This document shows positions 1 through 12,835 of a DNA stretch of 64,000 bases, piece by piece (the first letter of the stretch is position 1; each line of letters starts with the position of its first letter). The notes under the pieces are model-generated. The model ran no database searches and was not told the origin of the DNA. It worked only from the letters and a program-made list of their open reading frames with translations. The translations under genes were made by a program, and so were the position numbers. Origin of the DNA: Isurus oxyrinchus (Eukaryota); contig JANJGN010000026.1 of assembly GCA_026770705.1 (NCBI GenBank), positions 37,882,001-37,946,000 of the forward strand. Direction: 5' to 3'.

Positions 1-990
1 TAACGCTGTAATAAGGCCAGGAGCTGAGTGGCCCTGAAGGACTTCAAACTGAGCACCAGTGAACAGGTTATTGCTGAGTTACTGACGCTTGATAGCACTG
101 TCAATGACACTTTCCAGCGGTCTGCTAATGATCGAGAGCAGACTGATGGTTCGGTAATTGACCTGGTTGGATTTGTCCTGCTTTTTCCGCACAAGACACA
201 ATGGGAAATGTTCCACATTGCCGGATTGATGCCACTGTTGTGGCTGTGCTGGAAAGGCTTGGCTAGCGGTGTGGCTCGTCCTGGAGCACAAATCTTTAGT
301 ACTGAATCTTGGCAGGCCCCATAGCCTTTGCAGTATCCTGTGCCTTCAGCCGTTTCTTGATATCACGTGGTTTGAATCGAATATTGTCTGAAGACTGGCA
401 TCTGTGATGCTGGATATCTCAGGACCAGGCCGAGATGGATTACCCACTCGGCACTTCTGGTGTAAGGTTGTTGTAAATACTTCAGCCTTGCATTTTGCAT
501 TAATCTGCTGAGCTGCTCCGTCATTGAGTATGGGGATATTTGTGGAGCCTTCTCCCCATATTTGCTGTTGAATTGTCTATCGCCAGTCATGGCTAGAAGT
601 GGCAGGATTGAAGAGCTTAGATCTGATCCATTAGTTGTGGGATTGCTTAGCTTTGTCTATAGCATTTGATTCCGCTCATTGGCACACAAGTAATCCTGTG
701 TTGTAGCTTCACCAGGGTGATGCCTTATTTTTAGGTATGCCTGGTGCTACTCTTGGATTGCCCTCCTGCACTCTTCATTGAACGAGGGTTTATGCCCCGG
801 TGTGAAGGTAATGGTGGAGTGGGAGATATACGAGGCCATGAGGTTACAAATTGTGATTGTGTACATTTGTGCTGCTTCTGATGGCCCAGTGCCTCAAGGT
901 TGCACAGTCTTGAGTTGCTTAATCTGTTTGAAATCTATCCCAATTAGCGCGGTGGTAGTGGCACACAACACGATGGAGGTGTCTTCAATG
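1..990 (-). mobile_element. Degenerate non-LTR retrotransposon (LINE, CR1/L2-like) ORF2 fragment
   Basis: The minus-strand ORF fragment 'KKQDKSNQVNYRTISLLSIISR' matches the KxxxxxxxxNYRPISLL motif upstream of LINE RT domains. The frame is broken by stops and frameshifts. Confidence 0.7.
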
Positions 991-1134
991 TGAACACATG
1001 TGCATTAAGTTAAAATGTGAATTAATTGAGAAAACATTTCCTTTGGAAGGCGTTCGAGTTTATAACCTGTGATTCCAGATTTTAATGCATTAACTTTCTG
1101 TTAGTTCCCTTGATAGTTTTAGAGGTTACATTTA

Positions 1135-1510
1135 AAAAAAAATATTTCATGCAATGTGGGTATCACTGGCAAGGCCAGCACTTGCTGCCCACCCCAAATT
1201 GTCCGGGACTGAATTGTGTCCCCTACTATTTCAGAGGGCAGTTATGAGTCAACCACATTTCTGTGAGTCTAGAGTCACATGCAGACCAGACCAGATCAGG
1301 ATGGCAGATTCCCTTCCCTAACGGACATTAATAAACCAGATGGCTCTTTATGACAATCGATGGTAGTTTCATGGTCACCATGACTGAGGCTAGCTTTCAG
1401 TAGTTGAATTAATTCCACTATTGCCGTGGTGGGATTTGAATCCTTGTTCCCAGTGTATTGCCATGGGCCTCTGGATTACTAGTCCAGTGCCACTAAACCT
1501 CCATCTCACC
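1135..1510 (-). mobile_element. tRNA-derived SINE
   Basis: Reverse complement of the element at 22245-22575, which has a B-box-like head and the shared body 'ggtctggcctacatgtgactccagacccacagcaatgtggttg'. Further copies lie at about 16430-16780, 21200-21520 and 26940-27250. Confidence 0.65.
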
Positions 1511-2649
1511 CTAAAATTGTTTAATTATTGAAATATTTAATTATATTTTAAGCCAGTGGGCAATCTGGTTACAATGTAAAGGTCTCCTAATTTGTTAACT
1601 TCTTCCACCTCAGCAAGCCCCTCTTCCAGACAGCAATCCCGCTGACTGTGAATGACTGGATACAATTCTTTTTACAGAAACTAGATTTTACTCGGTTTGC
1701 AGCATTATGATTAGGGAAGGAAACGTTATTCGACGTCGAAGGGAGGGTTTGAAATGAACAGCAGCTGAATTTAAGTGCTTTTGAACTTAATATTGTCGGA
1801 AATTTACCATTACCCAATTAAGATAAATTGCCTTGTTTAATCTGACAAAGAATAGAGATTTATCTGCTGAGAACCAGATTGTTGCATGGCTGATATCTGT
1901 TTCTGTGTGTCTGCTCTGTGTGCGGGTCAGGAATCCACCCAGCTGGTTATAAACCTTTTAGCTCATTCTCGTGTATTTCAGAAAGTGCAGTTCGACACAT
2001 TGATTCAAGAAGCTTGTATTTCATAGAAAGGTAAAAGCTTGACCTAAAGCTTAAGAAGGCACCTCACAAGCAAGATCAGTAACCTAGTGTCTGATATATA
2101 GAAGGAACAACTTAGAAGCACTACATAAAAGGCATAGAAGGATTTCTAACCTGCTCAGAACCAATGCTGTTTTTGACCCACCGTCTCTTGGTGGGCCAGC
2201 TTAATGGGAAGCATTAAAGAATAGGGGAAGCTTAACGATCTCCAACAAACCTTTGCTAAAGTTAACCTTACAGCGGATGAGAGAACATTATTATTGGGGC
2301 GTTACCCTGTCATCTGTCTTGTGTATCGAGGCAAACGCAGTGTTCAAGCAACGTTAATGTGCATCGAAGTAATAATGTTGAAGAATTCGAGTCTGCAATA
2401 TAATATAGATGGTTTCAACTCGGAAGAAATAACCAAACGTTAATGAGTTTAAACTTCCATCAAAGACTGTCATTTTTAAATGAAGAGATTCATTTTGAAT
2501 ATCAGGTAATTACTTCATAAGGTTTGCCTGATCCTGAGCTCAATTGCAGAACAAAATGTTTCAGCAAGTACCCGTAAAGTCCCAGAAATCGTGGATATTA
2601 TTCCACCATTTTAAATGGACAGCATGGTGTTTCACTCTTTTTAACACAA

Positions 2650-3095
2650 TAAACCATGCTACATCTGTCCTGAGATTTTGGAGGGAACATTACTCTGTAT
2701 TTAACGTATGCTACACAAGCCCTGGGGAATGTTCAATGGTACAGTTTAAAGGGATACTTGTTCTGTTTCTAGCCTGTGTTTTGCCTTACCGAGGAATGTT
2801 TGATGCAGACTTGATGGGACTTTATTCTGCGTATAATCAGAGTCCGAGGCGAGTTTTTTGGGATGGGACTTTACTCTGTATGTAACTGGCACTGTACCTG
2901 CCCTGAGAATTTTAAATGGGACGTTTGATAGGGAATATTAAACTGCATCCAATCCGTACCTGTACCTGCCCTGCGAATGCTGTATGAGGATCTTTACTTT
3001 GTAGCCAAGCCGTGTTATGCCTTCCCTGATAATGTTTGCTGCAGCAGTGCAGCGGCAGCTTCTTCCGATACCTAACCTATTCTTTACAAAGGCGT
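2650..3095 (+). repeat. Degenerate tandem repeat, about 60-bp unit (…gggactttactctgtat…tgtacctgccctg…atgtttgat…)
   Basis: The recurrent motifs tactctgtat, tgtacctgccctg and gaatgtttgat are spaced about 60 bp apart. Confidence 0.6.
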
Positions 3096-3099
3096 GAGT

Positions 3100-3174
3100 A
3101 CTGACAGTGTGGTGTATTATTGCTCTCTCTGAGACTCACAGTGAAGAAGAGCAATCTCACCCCCGACAAAAACT
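3100..3174 (+). pseudogene. Orphan 3' end of a TCR alpha/delta-type V segment with intact RSS
   Basis: ACT GAC AGT GTG GTG TAT TAT TGC TCT CTC TGA GAC reads TDSVVYYCSL*D (compare DSAVYYCAL). It is followed by CACAGTG (3137-3143), a 22-nt spacer and ACAAAAACT (3166-3174). No recognisable upstream V sequence. Confidence 0.85.
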
Positions 3175-3552
3175 ACCTCTGGACTGTCGCTGGGAGCTCC
3201 TCTCTCTTTGGGGTTGTGTAGAATCGCGGGCAGATGTCGCCTCAATGTGCAGCCCGCTTTCAGGCGCTGAAACATACATCTAGAGGAAGCCAATTTAACC
3301 TCGGATCAAACTGTCACCCAACTGTTTTGAGAAGCGGTTGTAAAAACAAACTGCAGAATCCTATCATACTGTTAGGTCGAGCACAGCTTCAGTCTCCTGA
3401 TCAGTTGTTTATTCGCTTAATATTTCAAATCAGCTGGGAGAGCGAGGCCGCTGGCACTCAAGCGTCACTCAAAGCACGGCACTCGGCACAAGGCTAATGA
3501 GACTAATGCTGCCTGAAGCTCAGGGACACACAGAGACAGCAGACTGACGTCA

Positions 3553-6030
3553 CATAGAAACATAGAAACTAGGAGCAGGAGTAGGCCATTTGGCACTTCG
3601 AGTCTCCTCCGCCATTCAATATGGTCATGGCTGATCCTCTATCTCAAAGTAATATTCCTGCTTTCTCTCCAAACCTAATATCCAAAACCTTATCGAGTTC
3701 TTTTTTGAATATACTGTGGCCCAGCCTCCAAAGCCTTCTTTGGTAGAGGATTCCACAGGTTGAACACCCTCTGCGTGAAGGAACATTTCCTCATCTCTCT
3801 CCTAAATGGCCTGCCCTGCATTCTGAGACAGTGGTCCCTGGTTCTAGATGCCTGAACCAGGGGAAATACCCTCCCTGCATACAGTCTGTCTAGCCATGTT
3901 AGAATTTTTATACGTTTCAATCAGATCCCCTCTCATTCTTGTAACCTCCATTGAATGCAGGCCAGGTTGAACAAATCTCTCCTCATACAACAGACCTGCC
4001 TCCCCCAGTATCAGCCTAGTGAATCTTCGCTGCACCCCTTCGATGTGAAGTATATTCTTTCTTGGGTAGAGAGACCAAAACTGCACGCAATACTCCAGGT
4101 GTGATCTCACCAAGGCCTTGTATAACTGTAGTAAGACATCCCCACTTCTGAACTCAAATCCTCTTGCAATGAAGGCCAACATACCAATTGCCTTCCTAAT
4201 TGCTTGCTGCACCAGCCTGCTTACTTTCATTGACTGGTATACAAGAGCACCCAGATCCCTTTGTACATCCACATTTCCCGATATATCACCATTTTCGTAA
4301 TACTCTGCCTTTCTGTTTTTCACACTGAAGTGTATAACTTCACATTTATCCACGTTATACTGCATCTGCAATGTGCTTGCCCACACACACTCAACTTGTC
4401 TAAATCTCCCTGAAGCCTCCTTGCATCCTCCTCACAACTCAAAGGCCCACCCAGATTAGTGCTGTCAGTAAACTTAGAAATATTGCATTTGATTCCCTCA
4501 TCCAAGTTATTTAGATATATTTTGAATAGCTGGGGCCCAAGAACTGATCCCTGGTACACCACTAGTGCGGCACACTACTAGTCACCTCTTGCCACCCGGA
4601 AAAAGGCCAATTCATTCCCAATCTCTGTTTCTGGTCTGTCAACCAATTCTCCATCCAGGCCAGTATATTATCCCCAATCCCATGTACTTAAATTTTGCTG
4701 ACTAGCCTCTTATGTGGAATCTTATAAAAAGTCTTCTTGAAATACAGTTACACCACATCCACTGGTTTTCCCTTATCTGTTCTACAAGTTACGTCCTCAA
4801 AAACTCCAGTAGATTAGTTAACCACGATTTCCCTTTCATAAATCCTTGCTGACTTTGTCTAATTCGTTAGTGCTTTCCAATTGTTCTGTTACCACATATT
4901 TTGTAATCGTTTCTAGCATTTTCTCCAATACTGATGTGTGGCAAATTAGCCAGTAATTCTCTGTTTTTCCCTCCCTCCTTTTTTAAATAGTGGGGTTACA
5001 TTTGCCACCCTCCAATCTGTAAGAACTGCTCCAGAGTCTATAGAATTTTGGAAGTTGCCCACCAATGCATCCAACATTTCCAGCGCCACTTCTTTTAGCT
5101 CTCTGGGCTGCAGGTTATCAGGCCCCGGAGATTTTTCAGCCCTTAACCCCGTTCATTTCTCGCGCACGACCTTTTTACTAATACTACTTTGCTTCAATTC
5201 CTCCCTCTCACTGGACGCTTGGTTCCCTAACATTTCTGGGAAATTATTTGTGTTCTCTTTTGTAAAAGCCTTTACAGTCAGTTGGTATGTTCCCTGCAAG
5301 TTACTCTCATGCTCCATTTTTCCCTTCTTGGTCAACCTTTTTCTCCACTTTTGTTGAATTCTAAACTGCTCCCACTCCTCAAGCTTTCTGCTTTTTATGG
5401 CCAATTTATATGTATCTTCTTTGGATCCTTCATTTCTCTTGTACACTATGGTTGAACTACTGTTATAATTTTGCACCAAAGAGGAATGAATAATTGTTGT
5501 AATTCATATGTAGACTCCTTAAACATTAGCCATTGCCTATCCACTGTCAACCCTTTCAGTAAGGTTCTGTAATCCATCATTGCCAACTCACACCTCATAC
5601 TCTCGCAGGTCCCTTTATTTAGATTCAAGGACCCTAGTTTAGGATTCAACTTCTTCACTCTCCATCGGACTGAGCAATTCCATCATTTTATGGCCGCTCT
5701 TCCCCCAGGGACCCCACACAGCAAGATTGTTAATTAATCCTTTCTCATTGCACAATGCCAGTCATGGATAGCCTGCTCTCTAGTTGGTTCCTCAAGGTAT
5801 TGATCGAAAAATCATCACGTTCACACTCCAGGAAATGCTCCTCCACAGTATTATTACTAGTTTGGCTTGGCAAATCTACATGTGGATTAAAGTCACCCAT
5901 GATTACAGCTGCACCCTTATTTCATTTGTCGCTAATTTCCTGATTAATGCATTCCTTTACGTTCCCATTACTGTTTGGGGGCCTATAGGCAACCCCCACC
6001 AACGTTTTCGGAGCCTTGGTGTTTCTTTTC
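3553..6030 (-). mobile_element. CR1-clade LINE, 3' part, frameshifted
   Basis: RT C-terminal peptides (QGSVLGPQLF, YNVDKCEVIHF, LYKALVRSHLEYCVQFWS, RMRGDLIETYK) and a (catagaaa)n tail at 3553. Confidence 0.9.
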
Positions 6031-6199
6031 TCCACACAGGGACTGCAAACTGACGTCAAACGGGCTGGTGACTGACGTCACAAGGATACCACCGACTGAC
6101 ATCACAGAGTAAGTGGGCTTCGGTCACGTGGACGTCAGACCGACGTCACATAGACTGCTGACTGATGACATCCTAGGATGGAACTCATCACATTCAGGG

Positions 6200-7030
6200 G
6201 GGCAGCAGCCTTTCGGCCCACTAGCTTCCTTAGCACTTTTCTCTGGTGATAATGATTGTATTTATTTCCTCTCCCATCCCCGCCATTTTGCCCTTGATAA
6301 TTTCATATTTTTGGAATGTTATTAGTGCCTTTTACTGTGAAGACTGATGCAAAGTATTTATTAAACTCGTCTGCCATATCCTGGCTCCCCATTATTTCCA
6401 CAGCCTCATTCTCTAAAGGTCCTACTTTCACTTTGGCCCTTTCCTATTCCAAGTTCCTCTCCAGCCTTGACGAGGTGTCCTTAACCCTGACACCTGGCAG
6501 AGAACACAGCCTTCGGGACTCACGCTCAGGGATGCAGAGAACAGTATCCATCCCCCTAATTAAACTGTTTCCTACCACTGCATTCAATTTTTCTCCCATC
6601 ACTTTAATGTCTCCATCTACCACAGTGCCGTGGCCAGTTCCCCCATCCTCCCTGCAGCCCCTGCTCTCGTCCATACAGCTTGTAAGAGCCTCGTGAATCT
6701 TAAACAATTGCAGAGGCCGAGGTTCCTTGAACGCTACACCCTGGGTCTACTCAGCTGCCTCACCTGCAGTCACAAACTCCTGTCCCTGATCACAGACCAA
6801 ATTGGAATTACCTAATCTCATGGGGTGTGACAGACTCCTGGAGTCAAATGTCCTGTGAGCATTCCCCTCCCTGATGTGGCACAATTTCTGCAGCTCGGAT
6901 TCCAGCTCCTCAACTCAGATTCGAAATTCCTGGAGCTCTCGAACATTTAATACAGATGTGTTCTCTTTGAACCAACTTGGTGTCCAGCAGCTCCCACATG
7001 CTGCAGCAGCAGCAGCACATTACCTGCCCT
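6200..7030 (-). mobile_element. CR1 LINE fragments (ORF1 esterase-like region and ORF2 piece)
   Basis: 'VVGNSLIRGMDTVLCIPERESRRLCSLPGVRVKD' resembles the CR1 ORF1 SGNH-like motif (VVGDSIIRG…CLPGARV). Confidence 0.65.
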
Positions 7031-7164
7031 GCGATCAATATTGTATTTTATTTAATTTATTAAACAATTACTCTGGTATCCCTGCTCTTTTCACTTGAAG
7101 AATCCCCCACTCTTTACATTCTTTTGGAATTAATTTTGTGGGGTGGAGTGCTGCTGAGAATGAA

Positions 7165-7280
7165 AAAATGAATGACAGAATGAAAGGAAGGAAAAAGGAA
7201 GGAAGAGAGAGAGAAAGAAAGAGAGAGACAGAAAGAAAGAAAGAAGGAAAGAAAGAAAGAAAGAAAGTAAGAAAGACAAA
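7165..7280. repeat. (GAAA/GA)n purine microsatellite
   Basis: Directly visible. Confidence 0.9.
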
Positions 7281-7654
7281 CAATTCACAAACAAGAATGG
7301 GATAAAATAGTTTTCAGTGGCGTTAATTGAGTGATAAATATTGGGAGAACCCCTCTGGGTTCTCTCTATGATCATAACCAGGGGATGATTTGTGTTCCAT
7401 CTCAGAGGACAGTCGTGGATTCAGTTCAGAGTTTGATCAGGGAAGACATCACCTCCGGCAGTGCAGCACTCCTTCAGTACAGGAAACCCTGGGCTCTCAG
7501 TCTGGAAATGGGCCTTGCACCTCTGGAGTGCCCGGCTTGAGCCTTGGACTTTCTGATTCGACACACATTGAACCACTCTAATGGAGAGGAAAGAATATGA
7601 GAAGGAGACAGAAGGTGAACCTTAAAGGGAGGATACAAATATTTTATTGCTCTT

Positions 7655-8556
7655 TCACCAGTTAAATGAAGCAGTGAAGGTGGCGAAAAGGAACTTCAGC
7701 ATATTCTTCAGCTGCTCTCGGAAATTGGTCTGGGTCACTGCATAGATGAAAACATTGGTGCAGGAGCTGAGAAGCTGGAGCATGTTGGTCGTCTCTTGAA
7801 GGATGAATTGTGGGTCATTGAAGTCCAAGCCAGTGAAATATGCCTCACCTGTAGTCTGCACGTAGAGGAAATGTCCGACATGGGTGACCCACAGGAGGAG
7901 AAAGCTGAGGGAGATGGCGAAGAACAGGACAATGGACCTTTTACGGTTCTCCATCTCTGGATCTCTGTGACTCCCGGCTCCCCAGAGCCTCCTGTGGACT
8001 CTGCTGGCCGCTAAGATGTGCCTTACAGTCAATGCATTGAGCAGCAGAATGAGAAGGAACGGGAGGAAGTGGGTTAAGGTGCGGTCAAGCCAGTCGTAGG
8101 CCTGCCAGATGGGCAGAGTGTAATAGGTGGACTTGATGTTGCAGAACCAGGGCACCCCATCCAGAATATACAAGGGCTGGTAGCTGAAGTAGAAAGGGAC
8201 GTTTTTGACACAGCTCAGGGCACTGCCCAGTCCTATAACCAGTGATGCAGTTTTCTCGGTGCAGTATCTGGCCTTCAGGCTCTGACAGCAGATGGCCATG
8301 AAACGGTCAATGGTGAAGGCGACCGTCAGCCAGACTGAGCAAACCCGTGTAGCATAGACGAGCACGGAGCTGACAGCACACCCAGGGGTGGTGGAGAGGA
8401 CACTCTCACGAAAGTAGATGCCACCAATCCGGTTGAATATGACGGTGGTGATGATGACCAGGAAATCTGTCACCGCTATCGTCACCAGGTAGTAGGTGAG
8501 GCATCGTGAGAGCCTGCACAGGTCACGGGATAAGATTTTGATCGCCACCATGTTGG
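7655..8556 (-). CDS. Main coding exon of a GPR139/GPR142-like class A GPCR (first exon with the N-terminus and start of TM1 not located)
   Basis: About 300 open codons with hydrophobic helices, DRF (FTIDRFMAIC), an ECL2 Cys and a TM7 NxxxY motif (NVFIY). A strong acceptor ctcttttcctctcttacAG precedes the exon start at 8556. AATAAA lies just past the stop (7643-7648). The 5' extension of the ORF-track ORF (8557-8710) looks intronic. Confidence 0.85.
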
Positions 8557-9714
8557 CTGTAAGAGAGGAAAAGAGAGATATGTTACCGAGTGAACTCCAA
8601 ACACCAGTTGCTGCCTCATGCAACCTGTTACTAAAACCATCCTCACCTGTGCCTGTGCCACTTCCTGAGTCCAAGCATTCCAAAGCCGTAACTGCTTGTT
8701 TGGCATCCAATTCTGGATAAGTGCATATTTGATATAATTAAACATTTGAGAGTCAGAAGACATTGCCTTCAATCGCCACCAAAAACTCTGTTCTCTCACA
8801 ACTGAGTCCATCCTCCGAGGCTTGAGGCCCTTTACAATCTTGGCGATCCATTGAGCCAGAGCTGCGCTTCCAAACGTCCTCCTCCCTATGATGATCATCC
8901 AGCACCAAGACTGGTTGCTTCCACATTTCTAATATCGGCCATAATATCACACATCTCAAAACCTGCCTTAGGTTAGCAGCTGCTCAAGGTTTCCCCATAC
9001 ATTTGTAACATCTAGATGCCAACAATTGGAATAGTCTCTTGGTGTTCTCCCACTTTGGGTCATCAGTGATCTTAAGTCATCTGAAGCACTTGGTGGGAAT
9101 GTTCCTATTCACAGGAAGTCCCAGTCATCCATCACCCCTGTGTTTGCCCACTTACATTGGCTCCCAGCCTGGCAACACCTTGAATTTAATATCCTCATCC
9201 TTGCTTTCAACTCCACCCATAGCCTCGCCATTACTTACTCCAGTAACCCCAGAAATTAAATGTTCCACCGGTGGGAAAGGTGCCTTTTGCTGCCGTTGCC
9301 TTAATGTCTGGATATCCCTTCCTCAAATCCTTCACCTTTCTTACCTTCTACCAGGCTCTTCTTAAATCCTACTCCTTCGATGAAGATTTTGGTTATCAGT
9401 TCATGCCTTCCATTTGTAACATTGGCCAGGTGGATGTTTCCATATCTGCCGGTTGCCAATTCTGCGGCACAACTACCTCTCCTTCCCGCCAAACCATTTC
9501 TTTGATTCTCAATTAAGCAGTCACTAATTGTCAATACGGTTCTGAGATCCGATCTCGAAGCTAAAACCATTTCTTCCCATCGCTACCATGTTCCCAAGTA
9601 GTTCATGTTTTTAAGAGTCAGGTTAGATCATGTGTTTGATTGATTGGCATGTATTTGATTTCTTAATCATTTAGTGCAATCAGATCATTAAATTGACTTT
9701 TAGCTGAACAATTT

Positions 9715-10410
9715 GAGAGAGACTGGCCTTGACATCAAAGCAGCATTTGCCCGAGTGTGGCATCAAGGAGCCCTAGCAAAACTGCAATCAGTGGTAATCA
9801 AGGGGAAAACTCTCTTCTGGTTGGAGTTATATCTAGCGCAAAGTAAGGTGGTTGTGGCTGTTGCAGGACCGTCATCTCAGCTCCAGGACAGTACTGCAGG
9901 TGTTCCTCAGGGTAGTGTCCTAGGCCAAACCATCTTCAGCAGCTTCATAAATGACCTTCCTTCCATCATAAGGTAAGAAGTGGGGATATTCGCTGATGAT
10001 TGCACAATATTCAGCGCCATTTGCAACTCCTCAGATACTGAAGCAGTCCATGTCCAAATGCAATAATGCCTGGACAATATCCAGGCTTGGGCTGATAAGT
10101 GGCAAAAAATAGGCAATGGCCATCTCCAAAAGGAGAGAATCCAACCATCATCCCCTTGATGTTCAATAGCACTACCATCACTGAATCCCCCACTATCAAC
10201 ATCCTGGGAGCTACCATTGATCATAAACTGAGCTGAACTAGCCTTATAAATACTATTGCTACAAGAGCAGGTCAGAGGCTAGGAATTGTGTGACGAGTAA
10301 CTCACCTCTGGACTCCTCAAAGCCTGTACACCATCTAAAAGGCACAAGTCAGGAGTGTGATGGAATGCTCTCCGCTTGCCTGGATGAGTGCAGCTCCCAC
10401 AACATTCAAG
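9715..10410 (+). mobile_element. LINE RT fragment (CR1/L2-like)
   Basis: LDIKAAFARVWH…AGVPQGSVLGQTIFSSFINDL, followed by FADD-encoding 'ttcgctgatgat'. Confidence 0.85.
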
Positions 10411-10869
10411 ACGGATATGCAGATTTCAGGTTAATATCAGATCATCCATGGTCTTATTAAATGGCGCAGCAGGCTCGAGGAACTGAATGGCCTACTCTTG
10501 CTCCTTTTCGAGTACTCGTGTGTTCGTATGGTCCAGTGCAGTCATAAGTGAGACAAGGTCATCAGGTCAAGGGCAGTGATCACTGAAACACGGTACAATG
10601 GTCATATCATATTTCAAAGCTGCTCCACAATTCAGTAATATCGAGGCTGATTTCCAACCTCAACGTCACATTCCCGCACTCTCCCCATATCCCCTGATTC
10701 TTTTAGCATCCAAAAACCTATCGAATGTCGCCTTGCATACACACATGAACACCCACCGCTCTCTGAGTTACAGAGTGCCACATATTCACAACAATGGTTC
10801 TACTGAAGATCTTTTTTCCTTCTCCGTTCTAATGGATGACTCTTTATTCTGAAGCTGTGATCTCGAGTC

Positions 10870-11660
10870 AAGTGGCACGTGCGAGTAAATGCAGAAAAGT
10901 ATGATGTGATTCATTTGGTATTAAAAGCGAAAAGAAGCAATATGTAATCAAGGTTTCAATTGCAAAGCGGATGCAGGAGTAGAGGAGCCTTTGGGTCTGT
11001 GTGCATAAATAATTGAATAGCGCAGGGCAGATTGAGAAAACGGTTACTAAATATACAGCATGCAGGGCTTTACAATTAGGGCATAAAGGATACAAACAAG
11101 GAAATTATGATAAATCTATGCAAAAGGCTTAGCCTCAGCTGGAGTATTATGTGTCGCTTTGGCCATCGCACTTTCGGGTGTAAGTGAAGGCATGAGAGCG
11201 GATGCAGAAAAGACTTATGGCAATGATTCCAATGAAAATGAATTTCTGTTACGTGGATGGTTGCTCTCTATGGAGAGAAGATTAAGTAGAGATTTGATAG
11301 ATTTTTTAGGGATGTGCAAAATGATGTGGGAAATGGACAGTATATATGGAAGGATTGAGAATGAAAGGGCTCTGATACAAGGTGATTGGCAAAAGATGCA
11401 ACGGCGACATGATGGAAATATTTTTCCATGGACCGAGTAATTCACACCTGGAATGCACAGCCTGAGTGTGTGGCAGCACATCCAATCGTGGCTTTCAATA
11501 GGGAATCAAATAATGACCTGAAGAGCAAAACAGTGCAGAGCCAGAGAGAAAAGATGGACAGTGGGACTGGGAGAGTTGCACTTGAAATGGGCTAGCACGG
11601 ACACTACGGAGTGAATGGCCTCTATCTAAGATATAATCATGCTGCGATTCAGTGATTTAA
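10870..11660 (+). mobile_element. Old CR1 LINE 3' fragment
   Basis: Degenerate similarity to the CR1 3' ends at 3553 and 44300-45080. Confidence 0.6.
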
Positions 11661-12724
11661 TAATTCTATATATTTTCTACTTGAGAAACAAAAAAAAATC
11701 CTTAAATAAAAAGGTGAGAAAATGGAAGAACTGAAGGAATGCCTTTAACAGGATAAATGCACATGAAACATGAAATTTACTCTTTCATGGTACGTGGGCA
11801 TCGCTAGCAAGGCCATCATTTATTGCCTATGCCTAATTGGCATTGAATTGAGTTTCTTGTTGGGCCATTTGAGAGGGAGGCTAAGAGTCAACCATATTGC
11901 TGTGGCTCTGCCCTGCCCCTGATTCAATAGTGGAATTGGCCAATCATGGTGCTGTGACTGTGGAAAGTGTTGTGGGGTCGTCAATCCCCAGGGGGAAGCG
12001 TTGTTCGTCTTTGTGAAAAGTGCATTCAACAATGTTTGTGGGTCGTAACCTCTACAAAAGTGCGGCCGGTTATTAAGATAGAACGGGCCTATTTTAAGAG
12101 GGAGCACTGTTAAGGGACGCATGTTCTCACCCAGTGCAGCGCGGGCAGTGAACACATAGGGGCCTTTCCCAGCTGTGGTAATTGTGGGAGATGCTGACCT
12201 CCATGGAAAGATCATTGGTGGAATGAATCCAAACCCAAACTCTCCTCAGCTGGGAACTGCCCGGTTTCCTGGTGCAAGGGGCTGCTGATTCCCTTGAGCG
12301 GAGGGAATCTCTCAACCGATTGTAGCCCGAAAGCTGGAAATCACAGGAGATGGTGAAGGTTTAGCAACTCAAACGAGGAAACACAGATTCAACAACAAAA
12401 GGGTAAGAAACGAATTTGCCGATACCTGAGGGAAAAAGCGGCAATAAATTCACCCTAAATTATAAATCGGCACATTATGATTTTTTCCAGCAAAAAGGAG
12501 ATGAGAATGTGGAATAATTTCATGAACGATATTTGAAGACGAATTGGACAGAAGAGGATATTAAGAATTAAAAGGGGCGAGAAGGAAATGCAGACTTAAT
12601 GAGCTTAATCACTTCGTTCTGTAAAATTGTAAGAGTCACTGAAAAGATTTTCATGAACAATATTTGTACTCCAAATTTCCATGCGCTTTGTTTTTCCCTG
12701 TGTCTGTAATCCCCGCCATGTTCA

Positions 12725-12763
12725 GGTTTTTGTACCGCTCTCTCGGTGCTCTTTATTACTGTG
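12725..12763 (-). other. 23-RSS #3 (distal) downstream of supporting V-delta
   Basis: Minus strand: CACAGTA (12763-12757), 23 nt, ACAAAAACC (12733-12725). Confidence 0.85.
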
Positions 12764-12785
12764 TGTCTGCAATCCCACCATGTTA

Positions 12786-12824
12786 AGTTTTTGTACAGCG
12801 CCCTCCGGATTCTGTATCACTGTG
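12786..12824 (-). other. 23-RSS #2 downstream of supporting V-delta
   Basis: Minus strand: CACAGTG (12824-12818), 23 nt, ACAAAAACT (12794-12786). Confidence 0.9.
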
Positions 12825-12835
12825 CACCATGTGCA

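Noticed and set aside
1886-2025. Possible leader-like ATG stretch and a CACATTG heptamer upstream of the orphan V stub
   Set aside because: No matching donor/V exon and no nonamer at 12 or 23 spacing.
3228-3242. CTCF-like GGGCAGATGTCGC just downstream of the orphan RSS
   Set aside because: Several mismatches at core positions; too weak to call without a PWM score.
8557-8710. N-terminal 50 aa of the 351-aa GPCR ORF
   Set aside because: It starts at a non-ATG codon, lacks a proper TM1 and runs through a clear polypyrimidine-AG acceptor, so it is probably intron.
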